Origin: Chloroflexota bacterium
Lineage (GTDB): Bacteria > Chloroflexota > Anaerolineae > Aggregatilineales > J027
Direction: 5' to 3'
NCBI GenBank assembly: GCA_010092845.1
Contig: JAADYW010000272.1
Location: 1 to 62,839, forward strand
DNA length: 62,839 nucleotides
The position numbers and the translations under genes are program-made. The notes under the pieces were generated by a model that was not told the DNA's origin, did not search any database, and worked only from the letters and a program-made list of their open reading frames with translations. Below, in pieces: positions 46,399-58,138 of this stretch. Within the stretch, counting starts at the first letter, position 1. Each line of letters opens with the position of its first letter.

Positions 46399-48318
46399 TT
46401 AACTCCGCCCAAATTCTCTCTCAAGCACGTCGTTACTCAGGTGAATCAGTGTTGGTCGGCCATGTGGGCAGGTATGCGGGTTCTGGCAGCGCTCCAACTG
46501 GCGCATCAGGCCCTGCATCTCAGCATGGCTCAGGATCTGGCCAGCTTTGACCGCGGCAGCTTTGCAGACTCGGCGCACGATCTTGGCTTCGATCGCTTGC
46601 GCGCCGGGCTCACGTCCGCTCTCGGCGTCCTGCAGAAGCTCAAGGAAAACATCCGCCGGGTCCCGGTCGGCCAGGATCGCAGGGACCGCACGAATGCGGT
46701 AGGTGTTTTTCCCAAATGGCTCAATCTCAAAGCCGACTGCAATCAACGCTTCCTGGACCTCATCCAGAACACGCGCCTCCATCGGCCCCAGATCAACCGC
46801 CATCGTTTCTAGTACCTGCTGAACCACAATTTCTTGGGCCTGGTAAGCAGCCATAAACTGCTCGTAGAGAATCCGCTCGTGGGCAGCATGTTGATCAATT
46901 AGATACATCCCGGCAGGGCCTTCAGCCACGATGTAAGTCGCAGCCACCTGGCCGATCACTCTGAGAATCGGTAGGGTGCGAGGGCGCTGAGGCGAGCCCA
47001 TGCGGTCTGGCAGCGCGGTAGGGTCGTCCGGTGATTCTTCACTATCCTGGCGGGCCAGATGGGGCGGCGTTGCAGCCTCGAAATGCGGATAGTAACGGTC
47101 TTCTTCGTCCCGCGTATCATATTCATCGGGATCAATCTGCTGACTATAGCGCCCCGGCGAAACGGACGCGATATCAAGGTCGAGTTGTTGGTTGGATACC
47201 GGCGAAGTTTCAATTGGTCCTAATGGACGCGGGCGAACAGGCACCGCAGATTCGGTATCGTGCGCCCCTGGGCTGGTCGAGGCATCGGATCCATAGCGCG
47301 CTGCTGGGACGTCCATCCGATCCACAATTGCCCGGCGCACAGCCCGTTGCACTGCGGAGAAGACCGCATCCGGCGACCGAAAACGCACCTCTGCCTTGGT
47401 GGGATGGACGTTGACGTCGACTTCGTCTGGCGGGATGGTGATCATCAGGACCGCCAGCGGATAGCGCCCGGAAGGCAGCAGTGTGTGATAAGCCTGCACG
47501 ACGGCATAGGTTAGCCGCTGATCGCTGATAAGCCGGCCATTTACGAAAAGGTGAATCTGGTAGCGGTTGGCGCGATGGAGATGCGGCGTGGTAGTGAATC
47601 CATAGACCTCGATCGGCGATAGATCGGCGCGCATGGGTGGCAAGGGCACGACCTCAACCATTTCGCGGAAAGTCTCCAGGCCAAGAACGGCAATCAATAC
47701 GTCAGCAAGATCACCGCTGCCGGTACTATGGAACATTTCTCGCCCGTCAACGACGAGCTGAAACCGTACATCAGGATACGCCATTGCGTACTGGGACACG
47801 ACAGTAACGATGTGACGCCGTTCGGTAGCATCGCTCTTGAGAAACTTGCGGCGCGCCGGGACGTTGTAAAAGAGGTCGGCCACCTCGACGACGGTTCCTG
47901 GCGGCGCGCCCACGCCCCGCATGTCCTGAACCTCACCGCCTTCGACCACCAGGCGTGCGCCTTTCTGGGCTTGCTGATGGCATGAAGTGAGTGTCATGCG
48001 ACTGACAGACGCAATACTATGTAGCGCCTCACCACGAAAGCCAAGGGTATGCAGACTAGCCAGGTCATCGATAGCATTGATCTTGCTGGTAGCATGACGC
48101 TGCAACGCCAACGAGATCTCCGCCTCGGGTATTCCATAGCCATTGTCACGCACACGAATGAGCTGCCGCCCCGCCCCCCGGATCTCAACATCGACGCTGC
48201 TCGCACCCGCATCCAGCGCATTCTCTAGCAGTTCCTTGACAACGGAGGCTGGGCGCTCGACCACCTCGCCGGCGGCGATTTGCGCGGCAACTGTTGGGGA
48301 GAGAACTTGGATCGGCAT
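46399..48318 (-). CDS. mutL: DNA mismatch repair protein MutL (endonuclease-type)
   Basis: GHKL N-terminus IAAGEVVERPASVVKELLENALDAG. C-terminal endonuclease motif DQHAAHERILYE (DQHAx2Ex4E). Confidence 0.95.
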   Translation of the reverse strand: MPIQVLSPTVAAQIAAGEVVERPASVVKELLENALDAGASSVDVEIRGAGRQLIRVRDNGYGIPEAEISLALQRHATSKINAIDDLASLHTLGFRGEALHSIASVSRMTLTSCHQQAQKGARLVVEGGEVQDMRGVGAPPGTVVEVADLFYNVPARRKFLKSDATERRHIVTVVSQYAMAYPDVRFQLVVDGREMFHSTGSGDLADVLIAVLGLETFREMVEVVPLPPMRADLSPIEVYGFTTTPHLHRANRYQIHLFVNGRLISDQRLTYAVVQAYHTLLPSGRYPLAVLMITIPPDEVDVNVHPTKAEVRFRSPDAVFSAVQRAVRRAIVDRMDVPAARYGSDASTSPGAHDTESAVPVRPRPLGPIETSPVSNQQLDLDIASVSPGRYSQQIDPDEYDTRDEEDRYYPHFEAATPPHLARQDSEESPDDPTALPDRMGSPQRPRTLPILRVIGQVAATYIVAEGPAGMYLIDQHAAHERILYEQFMAAYQAQEIVVQQVLETMAVDLGPMEARVLDEVQEALIAVGFEIEPFGKNTYRIRAVPAILADRDPADVFLELLQDAESGREPGAQAIEAKIVRRVCKAAAVKAGQILSHAEMQGLMRQLERCQNPHTCPHGRPTLIHLSNDVLEREFGRS

Positions 48319-48441
48319 ACGCATCGTAATCCTAATATATTCGCCAATCGGGTTTAGAACACACAATTCTACCAGAAAACAAACCTGCCCGGCGGGGTGA
48401 ATCGCCAGGCAGGCATGAACTAACCTCGTTGTTGTCGGTGG

Positions 48442-48900
48442 CTAAGGGCTAGAAGCAGCGATCATCGTATCGACATGAGCCACAGTGTCCGGCAGCGCGT
48501 GGCGCACGCATTCGCTCAATCCTTCGCCGAGCGAGAAATCCTGGCCAACAACCGATACCAACGCTGCCGCAGGGGCGTGTCCGTAAAGCAGTTGCGCTAG
48601 TTCCAGCAAACGCTGTGGATCCAGATGATGGACCAGCGGCCCGGCTGCCTCGGTCTCGGGCCCGGGTAGCAGTCGCCAGCAGGCGATCGTACCCGGCACA
48701 CCGTCGATACTGGCATCAATGAAGACCACCTGCCGGGCCTGGCTGATGGGTTCAGCCAATTCTGGCAGGAGTTGGTGAAGGCTCAGCACCTCTACGTCGG
48801 CAGCAGCACAACGTTGCGCCACACAGGCGGCAACTGCCGGCCCGATGCCATCATCTGTACGTAGGACGTTGCCATAGCCGATGACCAGAACGCGACTCAT
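48442..48900 (-). CDS. hoxW: Hydrogenase maturation endopeptidase
   Basis: VLVIGYGNVLRTDDGIG signature. ATGA overlap with the hoxH stop. Confidence 0.88.
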   Translation of the reverse strand: MSRVLVIGYGNVLRTDDGIGPAVAACVAQRCAAADVEVLSLHQLLPELAEPISQARQVVFIDASIDGVPGTIACWRLLPGPETEAAGPLVHHLDPQRLLELAQLLYGHAPAAALVSVVGQDFSLGEGLSECVRHALPDTVAHVDTMIAASSP

Positions 48901-50321
48901 CAGCGTTGGACCTGATCTACCACTGCACCATCCGGGCTAAGCAACTCGATGTGCAAGGGCATCTGGCCAACCGCATGCGTTGAGCAGCTCAGGCAGGGAT
49001 CAAACGCGCGGATAACGGCCTCTACGCGATTGAGCATCCCTTCTTCGATCTTCTCACCTTTGACAAAGTGCTTGGCCGCCTGGGCCACACCGCGATCCAT
49101 CGCCAGATTGTTGTTGCCAGTGGCGATTATGAGATTTGCCCAGGTCATGATCCCTTGCGTGTCAATCCGATAATGATGGATCAACGTGCCGCGCGGCGCC
49201 TCAGAGATACCAACGCCCTCGGGCGAGTTAGCACTGGCCGTCGCCTGAACACGGGGATCGAGGATGTCCGGCGCGTGAAGGAGTTCCTCAATCCGCTCAA
49301 TGCCATGCAGGATCTCAATCAAACGGGCGTAGTGGAAATAGAACGAACTCATGCGCTCCTGGAGGCTCAGCTGCTTGAACTCCTCCATCTCGGCATCAGC
49401 CAGAGGTGTCCCCGCACGTTCGGCGATGTTCAGACGCGCTAATGGCCCTACCCGATACAAGCCATCAGGGTAGCCTACGGGCCGGTAGTAGGGTGACTTG
49501 AGATAGGACCATTCTTCGGCGGCTTCACCGATGTAGTCCTGATACTCGTAAGGTGGGATATTGGGGTTGATGATGTTACCACCTGCATCCATCATGCGTA
49601 GTTGGCCATCATAGAATTCTAAGGTATTGTCTGGACCGACCAAGCCCATGAACATTGTCGAGAAGTTGGCGAACGCACTAATCTCCTCGCGATAGTCGCC
49701 AAGGATAGACTTAAACCACTCCAACGTGCGCTGCGTGGTAGCCTTGGCTTCAGGGATGCCTGCCAGGATTGCATCGCGTTTCTCCGGCGTCAACGGCTCA
49801 TTGACGCCGCCGGGAACGACCCAGGCAGGATGGATGCGCTTGCCGGCCAGGGTCTCAATGAGCTGCTGGCCAAATTGCCGCAGCCGGATACCGCCGCGCG
49901 CCATCTCCGGCTCGCGCTCCAGGATTCCAAAGATATTGCGTTTAGCAGGGTCAGAATCCATCCCCAGCAGGAAGTCCGGTGCCGATAGATAGAAGAAGCT
50001 GAGCGCATGTGACTGCACCATCTGGGCCAGGTTGAGGATCTTGCGTAGCTTGATAGCAGTTTCCGGAATGCGGACGGCCAGCAATTCATCACACGCTTTG
50101 GCCGATGCGATCAAGTGACTTACCGGGCAAATACCACACACGCGGGCAGTGAGGGACGGCATCTCACGAAAAGGCCGTCCCTCACACAGTTTCTCAAAAC
50201 CACGCAATTGGGTGACGTGGAAGTGTGCATCGTCGACCTCGCCAGCGTCATTGAGTTGAATCGAGATGTGAGCGTGGCCCTCGATGCGGGTAACTGGATT
50301 GATTGAAATCTGTTGTGCCAT
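48900..50321 (-). CDS. hoxH: Bidirectional [NiFe]-hydrogenase large subunit
   Basis: N-terminal RIEGH and [10 protein letters not shown] (L1/L2). C-terminal [10 protein letters not shown] with a cleavable extension. Confidence 0.93.
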   Translation of the reverse strand: MAQQISINPVTRIEGHAHISIQLNDAGEVDDAHFHVTQLRGFEKLCEGRPFREMPSLTARVCGICPVSHLIASAKACDELLAVRIPETAIKLRKILNLAQMVQSHALSFFYLSAPDFLLGMDSDPAKRNIFGILEREPEMARGGIRLRQFGQQLIETLAGKRIHPAWVVPGGVNEPLTPEKRDAILAGIPEAKATTQRTLEWFKSILGDYREEISAFANFSTMFMGLVGPDNTLEFYDGQLRMMDAGGNIINPNIPPYEYQDYIGEAAEEWSYLKSPYYRPVGYPDGLYRVGPLARLNIAERAGTPLADAEMEEFKQLSLQERMSSFYFHYARLIEILHGIERIEELLHAPDILDPRVQATASANSPEGVGISEAPRGTLIHHYRIDTQGIMTWANLIIATGNNNLAMDRGVAQAAKHFVKGEKIEEGMLNRVEAVIRAFDPCLSCSTHAVGQMPLHIELLSPDGAVVDQVQR

Positions 50322-50338
50322 GTTATCTCCCTAACCAA

Positions 50339-50872
50339 TCAACCAAAACGCGCGATATCGCTAAGGTCGGGTTTGCGTCCTTCGAGTAGTTCAGTGAGTA
50401 CGTGCTTGATTAGCGCGGCCGAAGGCGGGCAGCCAGGCACGTACACGTCCACTGGAACGATTGTGTGTACGGGCACAACCCACGGCCGGAGTTCCGGAAC
50501 GCCGATATGCGGCACCTGCGGGTTGATGGTGACGTTTTCGTTATAGGCACGATCAATAACTTCGTCGACGAAGAATGGATTGCGCATCGAGGGGACGTTG
50601 CCCGTAACCGCACAGTCCCCCAATGAGATCAAGGTTCGCGTATGCTGACGAATATACTGGATCTTCTCATAATCGTCCGCGTTGCTCACAGCCCCCTCGA
50701 CCAGCGTCACCTCCACCATCTCGGGGAAGTCTTTGTTGTCTACCAGCGGGCTGTAGACCAGCTCGATCTTATCCGCCAGATCCAGCAGGAACTCGTCGAT
50801 ATCCAGAAAGGACATATGACAGCCAGAGCAGCCATCAAGCCATACCGTGGCAAAGGTTGCTTTACTCATCAC
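50339..50872 (-). CDS. hoxY: Bidirectional [NiFe]-hydrogenase small subunit (NuoB-like)
   Basis: WLDGCSGCHMSFLD proximal cluster motif and ...GCPPS near the C-terminus. Confidence 0.9.
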   Translation of the reverse strand: MMSKATFATVWLDGCSGCHMSFLDIDEFLLDLADKIELVYSPLVDNKDFPEMVEVTLVEGAVSNADDYEKIQYIRQHTRTLISLGDCAVTGNVPSMRNPFFVDEVIDRAYNENVTINPQVPHIGVPELRPWVVPVHTIVPVDVYVPGCPPSAALIKHVLTELLEGRKPDLSDIARFG

Positions 50873-51576
50873 TACTTCGTCTCCCGCATTGTCTTGAGGT
50901 ACGGCAAGAATTCGTGCTCCTTAACCATCTCGGCCACGGCCTTGCTCTTCTTGAATAGCGCCCCTGTCGGGCATACCTGGATGCATTTGCCGCAGCTTGT
51001 GCAGGTTTCGGAATCACCCCAGGGTTGCATCAAGTCGGTGATAACCTGCGAGTCAATGCCATGCGACATCACGTCCCAGGTATGAGCGCCCTCGATCTCG
51101 TCACAGACACGCACACAGCGGGTACACAATACACAGCGGTTGTGGTCAATAGCGAAGCGGTAATGTGAGGCATCAACAGGTTTCTGCTGGTGTAGATAGG
51201 GCAGCTCATTGTGATCGACGCCCAGGCGCTGCGCGAGGTATTGCAGGTCGCAATGGCCGTTGGATACGCAGACCGCGCAGATGTGATTGCCTTCCGAGAA
51301 CAGCATCTCGATGACCATACGTCGGTATTTCTGCAGGCGTTCCGAATTGGTCAGAACCTCCATACCCTCCTGCACCTGCGTAACGCAAGCAGGTACCAGC
51401 TTGGAAGATCCCTTAATCTCAACCAGACACAGGCGACATGCGCCCACGGGTGAGAGGCCCTCCAGAAAGCACAGTGTTGGGATGAAGATGTCATGCTCGC
51501 GCGCAACTTGCAGGATGGTATCGTCCTCAGCCGCGCTCAAGTCCATGTCATCAATCTTGAATGTTTTGAAGCTCAT
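50872..51576 (-). CDS. hoxU: Diaphorase subunit HoxU (NuoG N-terminal-like, 2Fe-2S + 4Fe-4S clusters)
   Basis: [56 protein letters not shown]. Confidence 0.9.
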   Translation of the reverse strand: MSFKTFKIDDMDLSAAEDDTILQVAREHDIFIPTLCFLEGLSPVGACRLCLVEIKGSSKLVPACVTQVQEGMEVLTNSERLQKYRRMVIEMLFSEGNHICAVCVSNGHCDLQYLAQRLGVDHNELPYLHQQKPVDASHYRFAIDHNRCVLCTRCVRVCDEIEGAHTWDVMSHGIDSQVITDLMQPWGDSETCTSCGKCIQVCPTGALFKKSKAVAEMVKEHEFLPYLKTMRETK

Positions 51577-53228
51577 TATTGGGTGACCTCCGAGGTTTCA
51601 TCTGCCGCGACCGCGGCATCGGGATCGTAGTCGGTGAGTAGTTCGAGGTATTCGTGCCGGAAGTAGCGCAGGGTACTCACCACCGGGTTCGGTGCAGACT
51701 GCCCCAGGCCACAGAGGCTGGTTGCCTGTACCATGTCGCACAGTTCCTCGAGTTGGTGCAGGTCATGTGTTGTGCCCATGCCTTTGGAAATCCTATCCAG
51801 CAAATCGTGCATCTGGCGGGTGCCGACGCGGCAGGGAATACACTTGCCACACGACTCCGACATACTGAATTCCATGAAGTATTTGGCAACATCCACCATC
51901 GATGATGTTTCATCCATGACGATCATGCCGCCGGAACCCATAATGGAACCGAGTTCCTTAAGGGACTCGTATTCCACCGGCATGTCTAGATACTCCTCAG
52001 GGATGCAGCCGCCGGAGGGGCCACCAGTCTGGACCGCCTTGAATTTCTTGCCGTCAGGAATACCGCCGCCAATATCAAAGATGATTTCGCGCAATGTGAT
52101 GCCCATTGGCACTTCGATCAAGCCAATATTCTTGACGCGGCCCGAAAGCGCAAAAACCTTGGTTCCCTTGCTTCCCTCCGTTCCGATCGCTGAAAACCAT
52201 CCCGCACCATGGCGCATGATTGACGGCACATTCGCCAGCGTTTCTGCGTTATTGATGAGGGTTGGGTAGCCCCACAAGCCATATGCCGCGGGATAGGGGG
52301 GGCGCGGACGCGGGTTGCCCCGTCCGCCTTCGACAGAGGCAATGAGTGCTGTCTCTTCGCCACAGACAAAGGCACCAGCGCCTAGACGGATATCAACGTT
52401 GAAGCTGAACGGGGTATCGAAGATGTTGTCGCCAAGAAAACCGAGCTTCTTGGCCTGCCGAATCGCGTTCTTCAGGCGCTTGATGGCCAACGGATACTCC
52501 GCGCGGACATAGATATACCCCTGATCGGCACCAACAGCGTAGGCGGCGATCGCCATGCCCTCAAGGATGCGGTGCGGATCGGCTTCCATGATACTGCGGT
52601 CCATAAATGCGCCAGGATCACCCTCGTCGCCGTTACAAATCACGAACTTGCGCTCACCTTTGGCCTTGGCGACAGTGCTCCACTTGAGACCGGCTGGATA
52701 GCCAGCGCCCCCACGCCCCCGTAGACCACTGCGCATCATACGTGATATCACACCTTTGGGCATGACCTCGTTCAGGACTTTGTACAGCGCTGTATAGCCG
52801 TCGGCTGCGATGTAGTCCTGGATGCTATTTGGGTCGATCTTGCCGGCATTTTCGAGGACGATCTTGAACTGACGATTGAAGAATGGCGTGTCGGTCGGAT
52901 GTGACAGGCGTTCATCGGGTGATTTATCGATCGTGGCCACGATATCGGCGGCATGATCAGGGGTTATCTGTTCGTACAACACCCCGTCGGGGTCAACAGC
53001 GACCATTGGTCCTGCGGCACAGATGCCCATGCAGCCAACCCCTTTAACACGACATGTCTTGCTCATACCCTTGGCATCGATTTCAGCCTGGATAGCATCC
53101 TTTATAGCCTCACTGTTGGACGAGTGGCAACTAGATGAGACACAGACGTGTATTTCATGCTCATACTGTTCACGTTCTTCAAGCTCGGACTCGGCGAAGG
53201 GAATAAGCTCATCCAGCGTCATGGTCAA
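51576..53228 (-). CDS. hoxF: Diaphorase subunit HoxF (NuoF-like, FMN/NAD(H)-binding, N-terminal thioredoxin-like 2Fe-2S)
   Basis: [54 protein letters not shown]. Confidence 0.93.
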   Translation of the reverse strand: MTMTLDELIPFAESELEEREQYEHEIHVCVSSSCHSSNSEAIKDAIQAEIDAKGMSKTCRVKGVGCMGICAAGPMVAVDPDGVLYEQITPDHAADIVATIDKSPDERLSHPTDTPFFNRQFKIVLENAGKIDPNSIQDYIAADGYTALYKVLNEVMPKGVISRMMRSGLRGRGGAGYPAGLKWSTVAKAKGERKFVICNGDEGDPGAFMDRSIMEADPHRILEGMAIAAYAVGADQGYIYVRAEYPLAIKRLKNAIRQAKKLGFLGDNIFDTPFSFNVDIRLGAGAFVCGEETALIASVEGGRGNPRPRPPYPAAYGLWGYPTLINNAETLANVPSIMRHGAGWFSAIGTEGSKGTKVFALSGRVKNIGLIEVPMGITLREIIFDIGGGIPDGKKFKAVQTGGPSGGCIPEEYLDMPVEYESLKELGSIMGSGGMIVMDETSSMVDVAKYFMEFSMSESCGKCIPCRVGTRQMHDLLDRISKGMGTTHDLHQLEELCDMVQATSLCGLGQSAPNPVVSTLRYFRHEYLELLTDYDPDAAVAADETSEVTQ

Positions 53229-53718
53229 CCAACTCCTTTACACGTACTAACGCAGACTCAGTTTCCAGACGGCCAGCAACTTCGCCATCCAGTACGGCCA
53301 CAGGTGCCAGACCACAGGCACCAACACAGCGCGCAGTCATAAGCGACAATTTGCCATCAGGGCTGGTATGGCCCGGTTGCACCCGGTACGCGTCTTCAAT
53401 CCTCTCAATGATCTCGGCGGCGCCCTTGATATAGCAAGCCGTACCCGTGCAGACCACGCAGGTATGCTCACCTTGTGGCTTGAGGTTGAAGAAGTGGTAA
53501 AAAGTTGCTACACCATAGGCACGGCTCAACGGTACCCGCAGGCTTTGTGAGACAAAATGGAGTGCATCTCCATCGAGGAAGCCAAAAGCCTCCTGAACGG
53601 AATGCAATGTTTCAATCAGACCATCAGAACGATAACCGTGACGGCGCATGGTGGCATTCACAATCCGCCAGCGTTTGTCATCTGACGGAAACGTGATCTC
53701 GCCTCTTCGTAATAGCAT
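53209..53718 (-). CDS. hoxE: Diaphorase subunit HoxE (NuoE-like 2Fe-2S)
   Basis: CTGTACYIKG ... CVGACGLAPV cysteine pattern. 20-nt overlap with hoxF. Confidence 0.9.
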   Translation of the reverse strand: MLLRRGEITFPSDDKRWRIVNATMRRHGYRSDGLIETLHSVQEAFGFLDGDALHFVSQSLRVPLSRAYGVATFYHFFNLKPQGEHTCVVCTGTACYIKGAAEIIERIEDAYRVQPGHTSPDGKLSLMTARCVGACGLAPVAVLDGEVAGRLETESALVRVKELVDHDAG

Positions 53719-53923
53719 TGAAATCTCCCTTGCAAAGCAAAGCGATACTCCGTAATCCTAAACAATTCAGGTGGAAACGCCCACTGTTAAAACCCATATT
53801 CTAGGGCGCTAAATGTCACCAAACTCCATCACAAGGAAGCAAAAGACGGCCTAAAAGCTTGGCCTCAGCTTGTAGGCATGGATAAGGACTTTGGATATTG
53901 GCCAGAAAGAGGTGTTTCAGGGG

Positions 53924-55480
53924 TTATTGACCGCCAACGAGGTTTTCGCCATCAAGGGGAATGGTGATAGAGAACGTGCTGCCTTCGCCAACAACACTGT
54001 CAAGCGTTGCATAGCCCTGGTGCTTGCGGGCTACATTCGAGACAATGAACAAGCCGAGCCCCGAACCACGAATCCCCTTATGCTCTTTGCGTCGGATACG
54101 CTCACCCCGGGCAAAAAGGCGTTTCTGATCTTCAAGCGCGATCCCATAGCCATTGTCACTCACCGACAACACAAGGTTATCATCGCTGATCCGCGCGGCA
54201 ACCTCAACTTCGCCGCCATCTGGCGTATATTTGATGGCATTCTCAACCAGGTTCATCATCGCTCGCTCAATCATCAGTTCGTCAATGTTCATGATGGGGA
54301 CATCCGGCGCAACCTCAGCCGCCAGCGCAATACCCTTCTCCTGTGCCGGCGAGTTCAACGTCGAGACAACCTTATTGACGATCTGACTCGGATCACATGG
54401 CTCGCGACGGATGTCGTAGGCATCCATCTCAGGATCAAGCCGGCCAGCATCCAGCACCTTCTCCACCAGATTCGTCATATCATTAATGCTGGAGAGGATT
54501 TTGCCAATGAAGCGTTCCTGTTTTTCGTTTACACTACCCACCATCGCGATCATGTCGAGAAATCCTTTGGCGGCGGTCAAGGGAGACCGAATGTCATGCG
54601 AGACGGTGTGTAAGAAATCGCTCATATTCTCGCTCAATCGCTTGAAGCGTGTTACGTCCCGCAGGACCAATAGCCAGCCACGGAGGGTCTGGTTTTCTGA
54701 GCGGACCTCCGCAACATGCGGGGAAAAGGTGCGGCCATCTGCAGACGCATACTCAATATCAGCTGGCGCTTCAGTGCCGACATGCAGCATATCGACCAAT
54801 GCTTTGCTGGAGATAACTTCCTCAAACGGCTGACCGATAGCATCATCAACACGCATATCAAATAGCGACTCAGCCGCAGGGTTGAAGACTCGGATACGGT
54901 AGTCAGTATCAACGATGACGATCGGTTCGAAGTCATTGACCAGCAACGCCGTCAGCCGTTCGTGTTCTGCACGAGCCGCCTCGTTCACCAACGCAACGTT
55001 CAGCGCAATTGTTGCCTGATTGATGAGTAGATCCAATAACGTCTCCACCTGGTCATCAAATTGGGGTTCAGCGTCGAACCCAAGCCACAATGTTGCCACA
55101 GAGCCGCCATGCAGCTGCAAAGGATAAGCAACTATCATGACGAAAACCGACTGAAGCTCGGCCAGCGGGAGATCGGCGCGTACAGGATTCAGCAATAAGT
55201 GCCTCATCGGAGCCTGCGCCTGGCAGCGTTCATGTACAATCGAATCCGCAGCGAACAAGCGGTCATCTTGAAGACCGAAATGGAAACAGCGCGTTCCATC
55301 CAAAACAAGACGCGCACTTATAGCGCCGGTCAGTTGAGCTGCTGCATCGAGCGCCAGCAGCAACGACTCATCCAGCGACGTCGATTCAGCAATCCGCCGC
55401 GAAAGATCACCCAGGTACTGGATAAGTCGATCATAGCGGTCGAGTTGGGTTTGGGTCTCAGAAGGTGTCAGGTCACTCAC
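53924..55480 (-). CDS. GAF-PAS sensor histidine kinase (soluble), directly upstream of the hox operon
   Basis: H-box VSHDIRSPLTAAKGF. N box MNLVENAIKYTPDGG. G boxes DNGYGI and GSGLGLFIV. N-terminal GAF-like and PAS-like regions. Confidence 0.85.
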   Translation of the reverse strand: MSDLTPSETQTQLDRYDRLIQYLGDLSRRIAESTSLDESLLLALDAAAQLTGAISARLVLDGTRCFHFGLQDDRLFAADSIVHERCQAQAPMRHLLLNPVRADLPLAELQSVFVMIVAYPLQLHGGSVATLWLGFDAEPQFDDQVETLLDLLINQATIALNVALVNEAARAEHERLTALLVNDFEPIVIVDTDYRIRVFNPAAESLFDMRVDDAIGQPFEEVISSKALVDMLHVGTEAPADIEYASADGRTFSPHVAEVRSENQTLRGWLLVLRDVTRFKRLSENMSDFLHTVSHDIRSPLTAAKGFLDMIAMVGSVNEKQERFIGKILSSINDMTNLVEKVLDAGRLDPEMDAYDIRREPCDPSQIVNKVVSTLNSPAQEKGIALAAEVAPDVPIMNIDELMIERAMMNLVENAIKYTPDGGEVEVAARISDDNLVLSVSDNGYGIALEDQKRLFARGERIRRKEHKGIRGSGLGLFIVSNVARKHQGYATLDSVVGEGSTFSITIPLDGENLVGGQ

Positions 55481-55690
55481 TTTATAACCTGCTTGAACAT
55501 TTTACATAATCCAGGATATGGCACTGATTCCGCATTATAGCACCCAAAGTGCATAGAGCAAGTCGCGGGTGTGTGGTTCGCGTATAGCGGGTGTTAGGGA
55601 TTCGTTGTGCACACTCGCGCGCAAATGCGGTATCTTTGACGCGGATAGATCAACAATCTCGCAATTTCAAAAAACTGAAACAAGCTGCTG

Positions 55691-58105
55691 ATGCTAAAAC
55701 GAATGATTTCCTACACCAGAATCGTAGTCTTTGTCAGTGTTCTAGGTAGCCTGCTATCAAGCCTGGGTTGGCTAGAACGCCCAGACGTCGCAGAAGGACA
55801 GCGTGGAACGACAATCGGACAATATGAGCGCTTTGAGACGGTTTTTCCTGTCCGCGCCGATTATGAGAACCCGTACAATCCAGATGAGATCCGCGTGGCG
55901 GCCACGTTCACAGCCCCAAGTGGCACCCGCTTTGAGGTACCAGGCTTCTACATGCAGCCTTATGAAGATGATTGTCGCGATGACACGTGCTTCGCCGAGT
56001 CCCTGGTACCAGTTGGTGATGGCGAATGGCGCGTTCGGTTTTCTCCCCCCGAAACAGGCGATTGGACATACCGAATCGTAGCGATCGTCAATGGAGACGA
56101 ACGGGATGTGAGGACGGGCAGCTTTAAGGTCGTTGCCAGCAGTAATCCGGGATTCATCCGCATCGCTGCGAATCAACGCTACTTCGAATTCGATAATGGC
56201 ACTGCCTATTTCCCGATCGGTCAGAATCTCGGCTGGTCATGGGAACAGGGGGGCGGGATTTACACCTATATTGAATGGCTCGACCGGCTTGAAGCCGCTG
56301 GAGCGAACTATGCGCGTCTCAATATCGATGTCCCATGGTTCATCGGCATCGAATGGGGCTCCCCACCCGGGCAATACGGCGAAAGCGGCCAGGAGGCAGC
56401 CTGGCGACTTGACAGTATCCTCGAAGCAGCTCAGGAGCGGGGGATTTATCTGCAAGTCACGATGATATGGCACCAAGCATTTCGTGACTACAATGGATTG
56501 CCCGTCAACGTTCCCCGCTCGCCATCGCGCCCGGATGTCAGTAGCGATTTTGACAACCACCCTTACAACGTCCGGCAGGGGGGCAATATGCAGGTTCCCG
56601 GAGATATCTTCTTCAACACACTGGCGCAGGATTGGCTAGAAAGGCGGCTCTACTATATTGTTGCCCGGTGGGGCTTTAGCCCAAATATCTTCGCGTGGGA
56701 AATCGTTGATCGCCTGGATCAGATCGCCGGATTCACCCCCGAACGCGATATTGAATGGCTCAACGATTTGATCGCGAGAGTGCGGGACGCAGACCCACAC
56801 CAGCACCTTGTGACGGTCGGGAGCACCGATTTTCAGCCTGCTATTGAGGAAAACGCGAATATTGATTTCAGCCAGTCCCGAATCTACCAACGCCGGCCCA
56901 TAGAACAGGCCGAGGATCAAGTCCAGATCACGTTTTCGGCGCTTTCCGAAACCCTATCGCGGCTTTCACGGCCAGTAACCGTCACCGAATTCTCGCTCAA
57001 TCCGTGGTTCGAACCAACTGCCGACGATCCTGAAGGCATTCATATTCGGAAGACGATCTGGGCAACCGCTCTGTCAGGGGCTGCGGGCAGTGCCATGCCA
57101 ACCTGGTGGGATACCTACATCGCACCGCAGGACCTGTTCAGTCTATATGCCCCGCTGGCGCTTTTCACTGATGGCGTCCCCTGGAACACGGCTAATCTGC
57201 AGATGGTAGAACCCATCTTGACCACGGATGCTGCAGTCGAATATGCGCCTTTGCGCATTGAGGACTTCAGCCGGCAGTTTCGCGTCGCGCCCGGGCCAGA
57301 GATCAGCTATCGAATTACATCCGATGGTGCCTACCCACCAACATCGCGAATGTCCAGCTACCTGTATGGTACCGAATACAATACGCGTGACCGCCAGCCG
57401 CAGTCACTGGTATTGACGCCGCCAGTGGACACCACCCTGACGATCGGAATCCGTAGCGTTTCAACGGCGGCCGATGCTCAACTGATCGTCTCAATTGACG
57501 AGGTGAATGTGGCGACGTTGGACCTGTCGTCCGGCACTGAAGGGACGAACTTCACCATCCCGATCACGGCCGGGACTCATAAACTGGGTCTGGATAACCA
57601 GGGTGCGGACTGGCTTCAGCTCGAGTACCTGGAAATCGCCCAATACCGGGCCCCACTGCGGGCAATGGCCCTAGCCGACCGCGACCAGGGATTGGCGCTG
57701 GTCTGGGTACAGCATCGCGACTATACCTGGGAGAACATACAATCCGGCGTCGATATTGCCCCCCTGAACTACCGTTTAAGCCTGGATGACATGCCTGCCG
57801 GGGAGTATCGTGTAGAATTCTGGGACACCACAAGTGGTGCCGTCATCGGGGAAGAAGTGCTCCTCGTCTCCGGCGAAGCCGAACGTGGCCAACTGCAGGT
57901 CGACTTGCTGCCCATAACCGATCAACTCGCCCTACGGATTTTCCGCACCGCGGGACCAGCCGCCGAGACCGCCCCACCCCAAAACGAGACACCTACTGGT
58001 ACGCCAGCACCGCCTCTAACCCCTGGCGACACGACACCCGAGGCGACCATCCCGGCCCGCCGTGACCTAGCAAATGGTACAGAGGAGAGCAGTCCCACAC
58101 CCTAG
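55691..58105 (+). CDS. Secreted DUF5060-like + clan GH-A (GH5-like) glycoside hydrolase with C-terminal beta-rich region and Pro/Thr tail
   Basis: Signal-like N-terminus. YERFETVFPV...NPYNPDEIRVAATFTAPSG...GDWTYRI (DUF5060-like). FIRIAANQRYFEFDNGTAYFPIGQNLGW (TIM-barrel start). Confidence 0.6.
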   Translation: MLKRMISYTRIVVFVSVLGSLLSSLGWLERPDVAEGQRGTTIGQYERFETVFPVRADYENPYNPDEIRVAATFTAPSGTRFEVPGFYMQPYEDDCRDDTCFAESLVPVGDGEWRVRFSPPETGDWTYRIVAIVNGDERDVRTGSFKVVASSNPGFIRIAANQRYFEFDNGTAYFPIGQNLGWSWEQGGGIYTYIEWLDRLEAAGANYARLNIDVPWFIGIEWGSPPGQYGESGQEAAWRLDSILEAAQERGIYLQVTMIWHQAFRDYNGLPVNVPRSPSRPDVSSDFDNHPYNVRQGGNMQVPGDIFFNTLAQDWLERRLYYIVARWGFSPNIFAWEIVDRLDQIAGFTPERDIEWLNDLIARVRDADPHQHLVTVGSTDFQPAIEENANIDFSQSRIYQRRPIEQAEDQVQITFSALSETLSRLSRPVTVTEFSLNPWFEPTADDPEGIHIRKTIWATALSGAAGSAMPTWWDTYIAPQDLFSLYAPLALFTDGVPWNTANLQMVEPILTTDAAVEYAPLRIEDFSRQFRVAPGPEISYRITSDGAYPPTSRMSSYLYGTEYNTRDRQPQSLVLTPPVDTTLTIGIRSVSTAADAQLIVSIDEVNVATLDLSSGTEGTNFTIPITAGTHKLGLDNQGADWLQLEYLEIAQYRAPLRAMALADRDQGLALVWVQHRDYTWENIQSGVDIAPLNYRLSLDDMPAGEYRVEFWDTTSGAVIGEEVLLVSGEAERGQLQVDLLPITDQLALRIFRTAGPAAETAPPQNETPTGTPAPPLTPGDTTPEATIPARRDLANGTEESSPTP

Positions 58106-58138
58106 GATCAGGATAGAGCACTGGGAAAAACACCAACC

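Noticed and set aside
48900-50321. [NiFeSe] selenocysteine-containing hydrogenase
   Set aside because: The C-terminal ligand motif is [10 protein letters not shown], with Cys at both positions. There is no in-frame TGA.
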